Shown here one piece after another: positions 26,406 to 36,421 of a stretch of DNA of 64,000 nt (its first letter is position 1; the number at the start of each line of letters is the position of its first letter). The notes beneath the pieces were generated by a model, which did no database searches, was not told the DNA's origin, and saw only the letters and a list, made by a program, of their open reading frames with translations. This DNA is from a virus, in the IMG/VR virus record IMGVR_UViG_3300036766_000032, positions 1-64,000 of that record, one strand, 5' to 3'. The translations under genes and the position numbers were made by a program.

Positions 26406-27344
26406 TTAGCGAATCACACAGCCGCTGCGCACGCCGCTGTGCATTGCGGTACATGCCATCTGCCCGGCTGCGTTGAGGGCGTTGATCATGTACGTGTCGG
26501 GCAGAAGCAAGGGTAGGCCAGACGACCAGACAGCGCCGGTGCTCCCCAGCGCACCAACGTACACACCCGAGTCGTTGATGTCCGCCGCAAGCGCTCCCTC
26601 CTCCGTGTAGTGCGCACCGTCTGCGTAGTCCACGATGGACATCGGTACTCCGTAGAAGACGAACCCGACGACTGCGTCCCCATGATTGTTGATCGCAGCG
26701 GTCTTCGGAGTGCCGAAGGCGAAGAATGCCGTTGCCGAGTCCTCTGTGTCTTGGTCGCTGAATCGCGCGATGCCGTTCTCATCCGAGCCGACGATAGTCT
26801 TGTGACACACTCCGTCGCCGAGGTCATTGAGTGCGTAGACCTCTGCGCACGTCGCAGGCTTGATGTTCATGCCGTCGTACGTGAGTGCCGCCCCGCCGCT
26901 GCTGTAGGCGGTGTTGCTGACTGCGTCAACCTGCAACCCAATAACCTGCGCAGGAGCGCCGTTGGTCCATAGGGTAGCCACCGGCAGACTCGCCTTAGCC
27001 CCTTGACTAGCGCCACCGATGTGGATGCCGTCGGAGCTGACCGCTGTTACACGCGTGTCCGTCTTACCGGCGGCCGGAGTCAGCCACGCTATCTCATTGG
27101 CGGAGTCGAACCGGAACGAGAAGTTGCGCTGGTAGCTGCAACAGAAGCGGTTGACGTACTTCTTCCATGTGTAAGTCGCGTTGCAATAAGCGTTCCCGTA
27201 GTCATCGACTGCCACACACTCCACAGAGCGAGTCGCTGTCGTTGGAACTGTAGACGTAACCGGTGGAAGAGGACTGACTTCAACGACTGCCGCCTGTGCG
27301 AAGGACAAGACGAAGCTCAACACTAACAGAATCAGAATACGCAT
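26406..27344 (-). CDS. secreted HAF-repeat-like beta-propeller protein (moron-like)
   Basis: signal peptide MRILILLVLSFVLSFAQA; repeats ALNDLGD, AINNHGD, DINDSGV, ALNAAGQ. Confidence 0.6.
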   Translation of the reverse strand: MRILILLVLSFVLSFAQAAVVEVSPLPPVTSTVPTTATRSVECVAVDDYGNAYCNATYTWKKYVNRFCCSYQRNFSFRFDSANEIAWLTPAAGKTDTRVTAVSSDGIHIGGASQGAKASLPVATLWTNGAPAQVIGLQVDAVSNTAYSSGGAALTYDGMNIKPATCAEVYALNDLGDGVCHKTIVGSDENGIARFSDQDTEDSATAFFAFGTPKTAAINNHGDAVVGFVFYGVPMSIVDYADGAHYTEEGALAADINDSGVYVGALGSTGAVWSSGLPLLLPDTYMINALNAAGQMACTAMHSGVRSGCVIR

Positions 27345-27368
27345 ATCTATTCTCCTTTCGTGGTTGTA

Positions 27369-28187
27369 CTACGTTGTCGGTTCACTAATAATCCACGCTA
27401 CGCTCGACGTGTCCGCTCCGCTAGTGGACGTTATGTTGAACGACGTGCCCGGTGTACGCGCGGAGACATAGAGCGCTCCAGGCGTACCCCCAACTACATT
27501 AGAGGTCAGGAAGATGCGGCTAGTCGTCGTCACTGCCGTGGTAGGGACCGTGATCGTCCCGCCCGACAGTGCGATTAGTCCCTGTCGATCATCGCCAGCT
27601 CCCAGCTCCTTCACCTCCAGCCCCAACTTCTCCACCTTTTCATCTTGCAACTCTCGCAGCGCCGCATGCACCGTCTGGGCTATGAGTCCGCCGGTTGTAG
27701 AAGAGAACGCTACCTGCTCAGCAGTTAGAGCTATTATCTCATCATGGAGTTCCCGCAGCGCCGCACCTACCGTCTGCGCTAGTAGCCCACCCGTGGCGGA
27801 GGAGTAGGACAGGTTCTCTGCACTGTGTGCAGTGCCCGACGCTAGATGGCTGCTTAGGGCAGCGTCGACATCGAGTATCTCGTCCTGTAACTCGATCAGC
27901 GCCGCATGCACCGTCTGGGCTATGAGTCCGCCCGTGGTGGAGGAGAACGCGATTTGACTGGCAGCTAGAGCTAATATCTCGTCCTGGAGTTCCCGCAGAG
28001 CGCCAGCTACCGTAACCGATACGATGCCTCCGGTAGCGGACGTGAACGTAATCATCGTTGCGTCGATGTAGTCAATGAAAGCAGCGAGAGTCAACTTGAA
28101 GTTGCTGCCCGCCTGAACGACCACGACCAACTCAGAACCGTCTAGCGCCGCTGCCGCTGATAGCTGACTGATCTTCTGGTTAGGCAT
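27369..28187 (-). CDS. tail fibre/spike-like protein with internal repeats
   Basis: MPNQKISQL N-terminus; four repeats of FSSTTGGLIAQTVHAALxELQDE; beta-rich C-terminus. Confidence 0.6.
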   Translation of the reverse strand: MPNQKISQLSAAAALDGSELVVVVQAGSNFKLTLAAFIDYIDATMITFTSATGGIVSVTVAGALRELQDEILALAASQIAFSSTTGGLIAQTVHAALIELQDEILDVDAALSSHLASGTAHSAENLSYSSATGGLLAQTVGAALRELHDEIIALTAEQVAFSSTTGGLIAQTVHAALRELQDEKVEKLGLEVKELGAGDDRQGLIALSGGTITVPTTAVTTTSRIFLTSNVVGGTPGALYVSARTPGTSFNITSTSGADTSSVAWIISEPTT

Positions 28188-28368
28188 TGGCAGTCACCTT
28201 CCTTAGTTCGTCGAGGATCGGACGGAACTCTATCCAGCCGTTCTCAGTCAGTTCTTCATCTGTCTTCGCCTGCATCAGCAAGCAAGTCTCAGCCGTTGCA
28301 GTCAAGGTTCCGGACCTGTCACGGCGAAGCACAAGGTCGCCTCCTACGTATTTGAGTTCCATACTCAC
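28180..28368 (-). CDS. small tail-associated protein
   Basis: coupled within the tail operon. Confidence 0.45.
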   Translation of the reverse strand: MSMELKYVGGDLVLRRDRSGTLTATAETCLLMQAKTDEELTENGWIEFRPILDELRKVTANA

Positions 28369-28375
28369 ACCCCCA

Positions 28376-28993
28376 CTAAGTTAACATCCGTTGCCACTCT
28401 AACGTGACGGCCCCGTTGCGAGCAGCCAGAGTCACATTAACTCCGTCCGACCAAAGAAACCCCATTCGCAAAGGGGAGCCAGATTCCACCCACACCCCTG
28501 AAAAATTCAGTCGTAGACGCACACCAGACCCAGAGGTGGCAAAGTTGTACCATCCTGGAGCATCCGCGACCCATCCGGTATTATTTGGCATGTACAGACT
28601 TCCTACAGTTCCGGAGGACTTGTCTACGTCTCCACCGACGAACCCGATCCCATCCTGAATGCCCGTATATGGGATCACAGCTCCATCTCCCCCGTCGTGA
28701 TTGTGACTGTACCCGTTGGTCACCATCTTTGACGAAACATCAGTCGCAAGAGTTGCAGCCGTGACGCTTCCCAATGCGAACTTCTCGTCCGTAGCGGCTT
28801 GATCTCTAACGGTTGCCGCCGTCACCGCCTGAACTCCCGATCCTTGATCCAGTGCTGCTGCCTGGATCCGTGGCGCTGTCGCACCACCGTCAGAGATCGC
28901 CAGAGGATTGTCCCGAAGCGCCACGAGCAGCGCAGACGTGATCGGGCTGCGCGGGTCAATGTCGGTCTCAATGATCGTTGTGAATGCAGTCAT
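28376..28993 (-). CDS. tail fibre paralogue 3
   Basis: shared N-terminus MTxxTTI...SP...L..NPlAi..G...AP and NGxSHxHxGGDG motif. Confidence 0.65.
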   Translation of the reverse strand: MTAFTTIIETDIDPRSPITSALLVALRDNPLAISDGGATAPRIQAAALDQGSGVQAVTAATVRDQAATDEKFALGSVTAATLATDVSSKMVTNGYSHNHDGGDGAVIPYTGIQDGIGFVGGDVDKSSGTVGSLYMPNNTGWVADAPGWYNFATSGSGVRLRLNFSGVWVESGSPLRMGFLWSDGVNVTLAARNGAVTLEWQRMLT

Positions 28994-28997
28994 GAGC

Positions 28998-29627
28998 CTA
29001 GCCTATGGTGTAATAGTAAATGTAACGGGTGTCGCCGGACGTGTTGTAGATCCGTTGATTTTCTCCATCGTAAATGAGACTGACGCATAGTTGTGAACTT
29101 GAAATTGATGCTACGCGCCACCCCCACGAGAAAGTGTACAGCTCCAACCTTAGTAAATTATTTGGATCTAGAAGCATGATCAATCCCGGTGGGATGGCGT
29201 CCTGCGGTAAGTAGTCATTCCCTCCGATTGTGGTCACGCCCGCATGTCCTACCCCCTTGTAGATCTTCGCATTCCGGATAGTGTTAGCTAGAATGGAGGT
29301 CGTGTTTACCTGTCCTCCATCTCCTCCGGCGTGGTCATGACTGCTACCATTAGTGACCAGACCTGCGGAGATCGCTGCCGACACTTTGGCTAGCGACACG
29401 GCGAGTGCGCCAATCTTCGCAGTCGTAATGTCCGCATTGCGAATGTTCGCAGTCGCGACCGCCTGCGCACTCGCTACCTGATTCAGCGCCGCCGTCTGGA
29501 AGCGGGGAGCTCCCGCAGCGCCTTCTGCAATCGCGAGCGGGTTGTCACGGAGTCGCTTCTTCAACGAGTACACAATAGGACTCTCTGCGTCTACTTCCGT
29601 GCTTGCGATGGTTGTGAATATGGTCAT
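28998..29627 (-). CDS. tail fibre paralogue 2
   Basis: same conserved N-terminus, different C-terminus. Confidence 0.65.
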   Translation of the reverse strand: MTIFTTIASTEVDAESPIVYSLKKRLRDNPLAIAEGAAGAPRFQTAALNQVASAQAVATANIRNADITTAKIGALAVSLAKVSAAISAGLVTNGSSHDHAGGDGGQVNTTSILANTIRNAKIYKGVGHAGVTTIGGNDYLPQDAIPPGLIMLLDPNNLLRLELYTFSWGWRVASISSSQLCVSLIYDGENQRIYNTSGDTRYIYYYTIG

Positions 29628-30290
29628 CTAGTAGTCCCACTTCTGGTAATAGACATACCTGGTCGGTCCGGTAAAGTTATTGTTGTACACGTACGTGTAG
29701 AGTCCATCGAACCAGAATAGACCATTGGTCCACGCATTTATAGAGCTGAACGGTTGTCCTGGAAAGATCATAATCAGCACTACATTATCACTGACCGTGT
29801 TCCAATCCATAACGATGTTGTAGAATCCTTGTGCGGGGGTATATGCGGTGTTGGGTGGCAGGGTCCACCGACCGTTAATAACATTACCGTTCCGGTCCTG
29901 CATCAAATTAGGGTAGACCTTCGCTCCTCGAAACGCGTCCGCTGCGAAAGCTGCGTTTCCCAGCGGATCCCCACCACCCGCTCCTAGATATGATGCATGA
30001 TTGTGTGCGTCCCCGTTAGGAACCAGTTTCTGCTGTCCCGATGCGTCCAGCTTGTTCACGGCGAGCGTAGCGTTCGAGATCTTGGCAGTGGTGAAGCACC
30101 CGTCGCGCATAGTCGCCGTTGTCACCGCTGCGCTCGCTCCCGTCTGAAGCCCTCCCGACAACACCTTCGGCGCGCCTGCCGCGCCCTCCGTCATCGCGAT
30201 CGGATTGTTCGCGAGTCGTTGATAGAGCGACTCCTTCAGACAGGACTCCGGGGACACTTCCGAATCTGAAATAGTTGTGTAGGCGGTCAT
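29628..30290 (-). CDS. tail fibre paralogue 1
   Basis: same conserved N-terminus, different C-terminus. Confidence 0.65.
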   Translation of the reverse strand: MTAYTTISDSEVSPESCLKESLYQRLANNPIAMTEGAAGAPKVLSGGLQTGASAAVTTATMRDGCFTTAKISNATLAVNKLDASGQQKLVPNGDAHNHASYLGAGGGDPLGNAAFAADAFRGAKVYPNLMQDRNGNVINGRWTLPPNTAYTPAQGFYNIVMDWNTVSDNVVLIMIFPGQPFSSINAWTNGLFWFDGLYTYVYNNNFTGPTRYVYYQKWDY

Positions 30291-30303
30291 GTGTCTCTCT
30301 CAC

Positions 30304-32619
30304 TCATGTAATCTTGTAGCACGTTGCATCGTCAGAGAACACCCCAGACTCGGGACTGATCCATGAATATTGCGCTTTAAGCGCGTCGGACGCACCGACT
30401 TCCGTAGCGGACTCCAGCATCAGAAAGAATCCAGTCTCCAAAATAATGAACGCTCCCGACTCCATGAGTAGGTAGTCGGAACTGTAGTTCGGAAGCGTCA
30501 CTAAGTAAACACTCGTCCCGTCCGGAGTTACGGCCCACGGAGTGATCACTGCTGCAACGCGCGTCGCCCCCGTGTACGCGATCACTTCGTTGGTCTGCCC
30601 AGCTCCAGTGCCGGAAACGATTCGGACGACGTGGCCAACGTACACCCCATCTTCGCTAGATGCGCTGGATGCGAACGTAATCGTGTCAGGGGTAGCAGCG
30701 ACTACCAGCGCGGTATCGTCGAACCCGATGACGCCGTACTTGCCGGTGAACGCGTACTCCTGCGCTAGATACTCCACCGTCGAACCGACCATCGTCTCTT
30801 TAGTTTCAAGAATGACGACGTCCATCAACAGATTTGACCCGTCGAAGTTCTGAATAGACTGAGTATCTAGCGTGTAGTATTCCCCAGTCTCGACGGAGTC
30901 CTTCGCGTCCAGACTGAATTGGATAACGCGCGGGTTGTCTTTGAACAATGTTAGCGTTCGACCTGCTAACTGGATCGACAGTGCCGCCGACGGGATCCAA
31001 CGGCTGCGAATAATGCGCGCCTTGGTCTCGTCGTACTTATCTATTCCCTCCGCGTCTACGTCGAGCTGAATATACAGGTACTGATAGTTCCACGCCTCCT
31101 TCTCAGTCCAGTCGTCCGGAGCGTACCACACCCACACCTGTGTCACGCGTTGCGCGGGGTCGTCCTTGACTGCCACCGTGTCCGCGAGCAGGTTGTTCTG
31201 GTCCGTTAGTGTTCCAACAGACTGATTCGGAGAGACAGCCTTTATTCGAACCACGGTCGCCAGTTCATCCCACCAGATAGAGAACAGGCAGTTCTCCACG
31301 AGCTCTTCTATCAGCGTGCGCACCCCGACAGGTTCCGACAACACCGAAGTTAGATTGACGGAATTCAACCATGCGACTTTCTCTGCGGTCCACCCGGTCA
31401 AGTCTAACCACACTGTAGCGAGCCCGGCGTTCCGTGTGAATCCCGGCGTCGTCTGATACGCAACGTCCAGAAGTTGCTGGAGGATCGTTACTACATTCAC
31501 CTCGTCCCACACCATACAGAACTGGATGTTGTCTCCTATCTTGTGCGCGTCTGCTGTAGTCCCTTTCTGTGCGCGCGCGGAGATTGTAATCGAAGACACC
31601 GTGCGTGCTGAGTAAGCGAAGATCTCCCGCCCGAAGCGAGCGAAGCCGGACGTTGCGAACTTGGAGGTTTCCAGGTCCAACACTGCGACGGTGCCAATCT
31701 GTATGTCTGTCAGGACTGCGTTAAGAGTCGCGATCGTCGGCTCCGGCACTTGCGATCGGTCGTCGTCGGCGAACTTCAATACGTCCTTGGCTGTTATGGT
31801 GACATTCCCCGCCCGGTCGGGTCCATCGATCCGTTCTATGATGTACGTTCGAGTCTGGAAGTTGGCCGCGTCGTATGCTCCCGTCTCTGTCAGATACCCG
31901 GTGTAGAGAACGAGTTCGCGTCCTTGGTAGTATTTGTTGCGCGTCAGGAACTTCCCCCAGAACGTTCCCTGCTCTTCCGGCGTGTACTGCCGGTTCGCTG
32001 TGTAGAGGTCTGTTCCCCGGTCGTGGTGCGCGAAGTCCTTCAGTCGTACCTGGATCGCAGCGCGATAGCCGAGCCCGACACCGAGTCCCATCCTGGTGGG
32101 CGCGCGCTCAATCCCCATAAGACACGGGGACACGAGCGCGACGTTTGGGACACTCCAGAGAGACTTCGGGAAGTCCGATGACAGTGTGGTGAAAAGGTAA
32201 TTATGGGAGGTTCGGCTAGGAGCGTAGTTGGTAGAGTTCTGGCACGTTGCTCGCGTGTTGTAACACGCCGCCGTTCGGTTCACGATCACGTACTGACTCG
32301 TCGCATCCGGGACGATAGTCCAGGTTCCCCGGATAGTGGCAACGCGCGTTCCGCCAACATAGCCGGTGATGGTCTTCTCCTGTCCGGTGCCGGTGCCTGC
32401 GTAAATCGAGACGGTGTGGCTGTTGTAGACTCCCGTCAGGCCGGAAGCGGTTGCATCGAGAGTGATCGTGTTCGAGGAGCCCGCTGTCGCCGTGCCAGAG
32501 GACGCTCTCCCCGCTGTGCATGGGCTGACTCCATACGCATTCGAACACCAGTCCAGCTTGAGCCGGATCATCTCGAATGGTCGGCGCCCTATCCTCTTCT
32601 TTTCGGCGGTGTACGTCAT
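30304..32619 (-). CDS. tail tip / baseplate hub protein
   Basis: second gene after the tape measure; CSNAYGVSPC and CYNTRATC motifs; duplicated GTGxGQ insert domain. Confidence 0.7.
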   Translation of the reverse strand: MTYTAEKKRIGRRPFEMIRLKLDWCSNAYGVSPCTAGRASSGTATAGSSNTITLDATASGLTGVYNSHTVSIYAGTGTGQEKTITGYVGGTRVATIRGTWTIVPDATSQYVIVNRTAACYNTRATCQNSTNYAPSRTSHNYLFTTLSSDFPKSLWSVPNVALVSPCLMGIERAPTRMGLGVGLGYRAAIQVRLKDFAHHDRGTDLYTANRQYTPEEQGTFWGKFLTRNKYYQGRELVLYTGYLTETGAYDAANFQTRTYIIERIDGPDRAGNVTITAKDVLKFADDDRSQVPEPTIATLNAVLTDIQIGTVAVLDLETSKFATSGFARFGREIFAYSARTVSSITISARAQKGTTADAHKIGDNIQFCMVWDEVNVVTILQQLLDVAYQTTPGFTRNAGLATVWLDLTGWTAEKVAWLNSVNLTSVLSEPVGVRTLIEELVENCLFSIWWDELATVVRIKAVSPNQSVGTLTDQNNLLADTVAVKDDPAQRVTQVWVWYAPDDWTEKEAWNYQYLYIQLDVDAEGIDKYDETKARIIRSRWIPSAALSIQLAGRTLTLFKDNPRVIQFSLDAKDSVETGEYYTLDTQSIQNFDGSNLLMDVVILETKETMVGSTVEYLAQEYAFTGKYGVIGFDDTALVVAATPDTITFASSASSEDGVYVGHVVRIVSGTGAGQTNEVIAYTGATRVAAVITPWAVTPDGTSVYLVTLPNYSSDYLLMESGAFIILETGFFLMLESATEVGASDALKAQYSWISPESGVFSDDATCYKIT

Positions 32620-32620
32620 G

Positions 32621-33382
32621 TCAGTCTCGAATACCTCGGATACTTACACCGACGTCCAGAAGACTGGCCGAGCTGTACGCAGCCGGACGCGGGTTCCCCT
32701 CCATCCACGCCAAGATAGCGTCGTCGCTGTAAGCCGGGTTCCACGCGAAGAACCACGGTCTAAGCTTGGCATGCTCGACGAACGTACGCCACGCACCGCG
32801 TACGAACGTAAGCGTTTGAAGAGTGAATACCAAGTCCGTCGCTACACCCTGCCGAATCACGGAGCGACCCAGGAATTGTCCACCCTCCGAGACCTGATTG
32901 ACGTACTTGTCGTCGTGCGCCTCATGTGGGAGTATGAAGCCGGAACCCACCGCGCGATCCAACTCCAACGCTTGACCGATGAACGCCAGTCCGATGAACG
33001 GTGCACTGCCTGTGGACGTGATGACGAGACGCCAGTAACGATACGAGGCGGAAGTGAATGTGACGAACATCGGAGCGTTGGTAGTGGGAGTCTTCAGCAC
33101 CGACGCGTCGGTCCACGACGACCCATTCGAACTGTACTGAACCTTGACCGTACCACTGACGTCCGCGAGCGTGTGCGCTACTAGCGCGAAGTAGTCTGCG
33201 ACGTCCGCCGAACCGCGATCCACCGTGAGATAGGCGGTGCCTGCTGCCGTTGGCGACCACCCGTCTACTGTGTTCCAGTCGTAAGCGTTCTCCTTCGGGA
33301 ACCCCGATGCTTCACTGGACGCGGTGACTACGCTTCCACTCAGCGCGAAGAAGTTCTCATACCCGATGCGGGGTGCGCCCAT
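32621..33382 (-). CDS. distal tail protein with discoidin-like domain
   Basis: directly follows the tape measure; TASSE...NAYDW...VQYSSNG..W...YRYWRLVI. Confidence 0.6.
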   Translation of the reverse strand: MGAPRIGYENFFALSGSVVTASSEASGFPKENAYDWNTVDGWSPTAAGTAYLTVDRGSADVADYFALVAHTLADVSGTVKVQYSSNGSSWTDASVLKTPTTNAPMFVTFTSASYRYWRLVITSTGSAPFIGLAFIGQALELDRAVGSGFILPHEAHDDKYVNQVSEGGQFLGRSVIRQGVATDLVFTLQTLTFVRGAWRTFVEHAKLRPWFFAWNPAYSDDAILAWMEGNPRPAAYSSASLLDVGVSIRGIRD

Positions 33383-33392
33383 CGTTATATCC

Positions 33393-35801
33393 TCACGTGA
33401 CTCTAATTCCAGTGATATTCATATCCCCGGCCTCATCCCGCAGACGCTCGAACAGCCGCCTCACCGCGCTCTTGCTGATTAAGTCGTCTCCGGAGCCTAG
33501 GTTGATCGACACCCGCGCACCCCGTGGAGCACCCAGCACGGGCGTCGCCGGTAGACTGGGTGCCGACGGCTGTGCAGTTACGGGGGGTGGAGCTCCGCCC
33601 CCTGCACCACCTCTGCCGCCGCCACCTCCCGCACCACCACCACCCGCCGCAGCGCCGCCCCCACCCCCACCCCCGCCGCCTCCACCGCCTCCATACGAGG
33701 TAGACCGGATCTTCTGCACGCGGGCCATACCGGCTGCGGTCGCCGTAGCGGCTGCCACTGCACCGAGCGCGTATCCGACGTAGGGAATGCCCGCTAGCGA
33801 TTTGAACGCTGCCTGCGCGCTCGCAATTGTATCAATGACGGCTTGCGCTATTGCGATCTTCTTGCCGATCTCGAATTGCTTCTTACCCCCACTCATCAGA
33901 ACACTGGCGATGTTCCCCATCATCTGACTGACGACCTGTGCTTTCCCCTCCCACCCGGACTCCCAGAGGGCGTACTCCGCCGATTGACCCGCGTTAGTAA
34001 TTGCTTGCGAGTCCGCACTGTATTGCTGTTGGAGCGCTAGCATGTCTTGGTTCTGCTGTTCCGTGCTCGCTTGGATCGCTCCGTGATACGTCGTCAACGC
34101 TTGAGCTTTCAGTGCGTAGCTAGCGTCGAGTTCCGCTTGCTGAGAAATCGCACCCTCCGATAACGAGGCACCTTGCGCTGCGATGGAGCTGGTCAACCCT
34201 ACCCCTTGAGAGTCGAGGTGTGCGTTGACCTTTGCTGTGTACTCCTCCCAGGATATGTTTCGCATTTGAAGCTGCTTGGTCAACTCGACTGTGTAGTCCT
34301 GCTCTTCGGTCAAACTCTTGTCAGTGTTTGGCATCGGACCCGGTGCTCCTGCGACTGGAGCCTCGAGCACGGGTAATAGTTGATTAGGATTCGGCATTCC
34401 TTTCTCAACCATCTTGTTCTGAATCCTGAGAAATTGCAGAGCAGATAGAACTCCACTATCCATGGCCTTCTGTGCCAGATCTAATTCCTGAGCGAACAGT
34501 TCGGCCGGTGTCTTCAGATCCTCTAACGCTTTCTTAGCGTAGTCGAACACTGTCAGATCTTCCTGGCTGAGGGGTTTGTTCATTTTTCCCCACGCTACGG
34601 ATACCTTGGCGGCTCCTTCTGCACCAACAGTAGCCATGTCGCGAAGCTTGTCAGTTAACTCTACGAGCTTGGTTTTTGTGTTGTCGAGACTCTTCCCGAA
34701 GTCTCCCCAAAATTTAGGGTCTACCTTCGCGGCGATCAGGCCGTCCTGTTGCTTCTTCATAGTCTTTAGGGATGCTTCGGTTTTAAGAATCTCTTCTTGA
34801 AGTTTCCCATAGGGTGCGTTAGCCAATAGGTCAACCCCATTCATCTTCATAGCTAAGATGAGTCGATTGACGTCATCCAGTTTAGAAGGATCTATGTCGG
34901 AGACATTAAATCCATATGCCTTAATGATAGCGGCGTTCGTTTCAATGACAGATGAGAACTTCTCTTGTGCTGTGCTGTTCTCTTTTGACATTGATATGAA
35001 GTTTCGCAGAGCGTTGGTGCCCTCCACGATTGCACCCGCGAACGTAGCCACGACGGAGGCGGCGGCAGCTTTCACGGTTCCCTCCAGCCGCGTGAACGCG
35101 TCATTAGCTTCTTGAAGCTTCGCTAAATCGGTAGCAGAAATCTTCTGACCCATCTCGTCTATGTCAGACGTGATCTTTTTAAATCCAGAGGAACCGGATT
35201 CGATAATCCCCGCGAGCTCCTTAGCTCCTCTACCGAACACTTCCGTAGCTGCACTGGTCTTTGCTGCTTGAGTCCCCAGTTTATTGATCGCATCAGCGGC
35301 TACAAAGAACGCTTCTTCCGGCTTAAGTGTAGACAGATAGTCAACACTCAGGCCAAGATCCTGAAACTTCTTAGTCGCCTCGACTCCTCCAGATGCTGCA
35401 TTGCCTAGTGTACGGTTGAAGATTGACATGGCCGAAGTCAAGTCCCCGGCGGACGCCCCGTTCAATTCGGCCATCTGGTTCAGTGCTTGAAGAGCGTCGG
35501 TAGTCACGCCCACCGAGCGCGCTGCATTGACCAAGGCGTCCCCGGATGCGATGACTTCCTTGGTGAAGTTGGCGATGTACGCCACCCCCGCCACGGCGAA
35601 CGCCGTCTGGATTGCTCCCTTGACTCCGGAGATCGCCCCCGTAATGGTGTCCAGGGACTTCCCTAGACTCTTCCCGAGTCCATCTCCCATGCCCTTACCG
35701 GCTTTCTCGGCCTCCTTCGAAGCAGCTTGGAATCCCTTCTTCAGATCCCCGAGGTCAGCCGTCAGGCGGTAGATTAAAGTTTCAACGTCTTCACTAGCCA
35801 T
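33393..35801 (-). CDS. tape measure protein
   Basis: 802 aa, Ala/Gly-rich helical; follows the tail chaperone pair; Gly-rich linker near C-terminus. Confidence 0.85.
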   Translation of the reverse strand: MASEDVETLIYRLTADLGDLKKGFQAASKEAEKAGKGMGDGLGKSLGKSLDTITGAISGVKGAIQTAFAVAGVAYIANFTKEVIASGDALVNAARSVGVTTDALQALNQMAELNGASAGDLTSAMSIFNRTLGNAASGGVEATKKFQDLGLSVDYLSTLKPEEAFFVAADAINKLGTQAAKTSAATEVFGRGAKELAGIIESGSSGFKKITSDIDEMGQKISATDLAKLQEANDAFTRLEGTVKAAAASVVATFAGAIVEGTNALRNFISMSKENSTAQEKFSSVIETNAAIIKAYGFNVSDIDPSKLDDVNRLILAMKMNGVDLLANAPYGKLQEEILKTEASLKTMKKQQDGLIAAKVDPKFWGDFGKSLDNTKTKLVELTDKLRDMATVGAEGAAKVSVAWGKMNKPLSQEDLTVFDYAKKALEDLKTPAELFAQELDLAQKAMDSGVLSALQFLRIQNKMVEKGMPNPNQLLPVLEAPVAGAPGPMPNTDKSLTEEQDYTVELTKQLQMRNISWEEYTAKVNAHLDSQGVGLTSSIAAQGASLSEGAISQQAELDASYALKAQALTTYHGAIQASTEQQNQDMLALQQQYSADSQAITNAGQSAEYALWESGWEGKAQVVSQMMGNIASVLMSGGKKQFEIGKKIAIAQAVIDTIASAQAAFKSLAGIPYVGYALGAVAAATATAAGMARVQKIRSTSYGGGGGGGGGGGGGAAAGGGGAGGGGGRGGAGGGAPPPVTAQPSAPSLPATPVLGAPRGARVSINLGSGDDLISKSAVRRLFERLRDEAGDMNITGIRVT

Positions 35802-35804
35802 ATC

Positions 35805-35978
35805 CTAACCCTCGTCCGGGAACTTGTCCATCAGGTCTTGGAACTCATTCGGGGTCATCCCCTCTTCTTTCTTCGGATACTGCGACGAGTGCCCGCGCGC
35901 GGCTGCGAATGTCTCGAATGACGTAGACCTCCAGAATACTTCCGGGGTCCATTTGAGCACTCCGAGCGCGAACTCCAT
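35805..35978 (-). CDS. tail assembly chaperone, T part (not in ORF track)
   Basis: MEFALGVLKWTPEVFWRST...LMDKFPD; open in the -1 frame from the slippery site. Confidence 0.7.
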   Translation of the reverse strand: MEFALGVLKWTPEVFWRSTSFETFAAARGHSSQYPKKEEGMTPNEFQDLMDKFPDEG

Positions 35979-35986
35979 GTCCCGTT

Positions 35987-36421
35987 CTACCCAGTGGCGT
36001 CCGTCGTCTGGGTTGGGACGTTTCCCGATTCACCTTCCGGCTTGGCTACGGGGGGAACGTCCGGGTCGATCCCTAATGCGCCGATCAAGAATCGAGCTAG
36101 AGTGTTCTTGCTGTCGCCGTGAGTCAGCGTCTTAATGATACCACTAGCGAAGATCTTATCACCCATCTGCTCCAGAGTGAGATCGAGCTTCGGATTAGCT
36201 GCGCTTGCCCCTGCCCAGACGATGGTTGTCATCTCGAATAGCGTCAGGCCGCGCGTACGCGTGGATACGACCAAGTCCCCCAAAGTTCGATCTAACCGGG
36301 CTTCGATCTCAACGACTGCCGTGTATGTCGGGCGGAGCGTGAACTTCTCCGACCCGACTTCGATTTCTACTTCACCTCTGAACTTGTTTGCCACCTTCGC
36401 TACCTCCTGTTGATTAAACAA
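35987..36421 (-). CDS. tail assembly chaperone, G part (GTA gp10-like)
   Basis: ANKFRGEV...LRPTYTAVVEIE; true start probably GTG ~36394 after AGGAGG. Confidence 0.75.
   Translation of the reverse strand: MFNQQEVAKVANKFRGEVEIEVGSEKFTLRPTYTAVVEIEARLDRTLGDLVVSTRTRGLTLFEMTTIVWAGASAANPKLDLTLEQMGDKIFASGIIKTLTHGDSKNTLARFLIGALGIDPDVPPVAKPEGESGNVPTQTTDATG
36020..36026 (-). other. programmed -1 frameshift heptamer G GGA AAC
   Basis: X XXY YYZ in frame (TCG GGA AAC) near the chaperone 3' end; -1 frame reads GKRPNPDDGRHWVERDMEF. Confidence 0.75.

Noticed and set aside
28376-30290. Diversity-generating retroelement or invertible tail-fibre switch
   Set aside because: No reverse transcriptase, template/variable repeat pair, invertase or inverted copies in the window.
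33590-33695. G/C-rich low-complexity tract as a regulatory repeat
   Set aside because: It encodes the poly-Gly linker of the tape measure protein; the antisense poly-Pro ORF 33373-33783 is a shadow.
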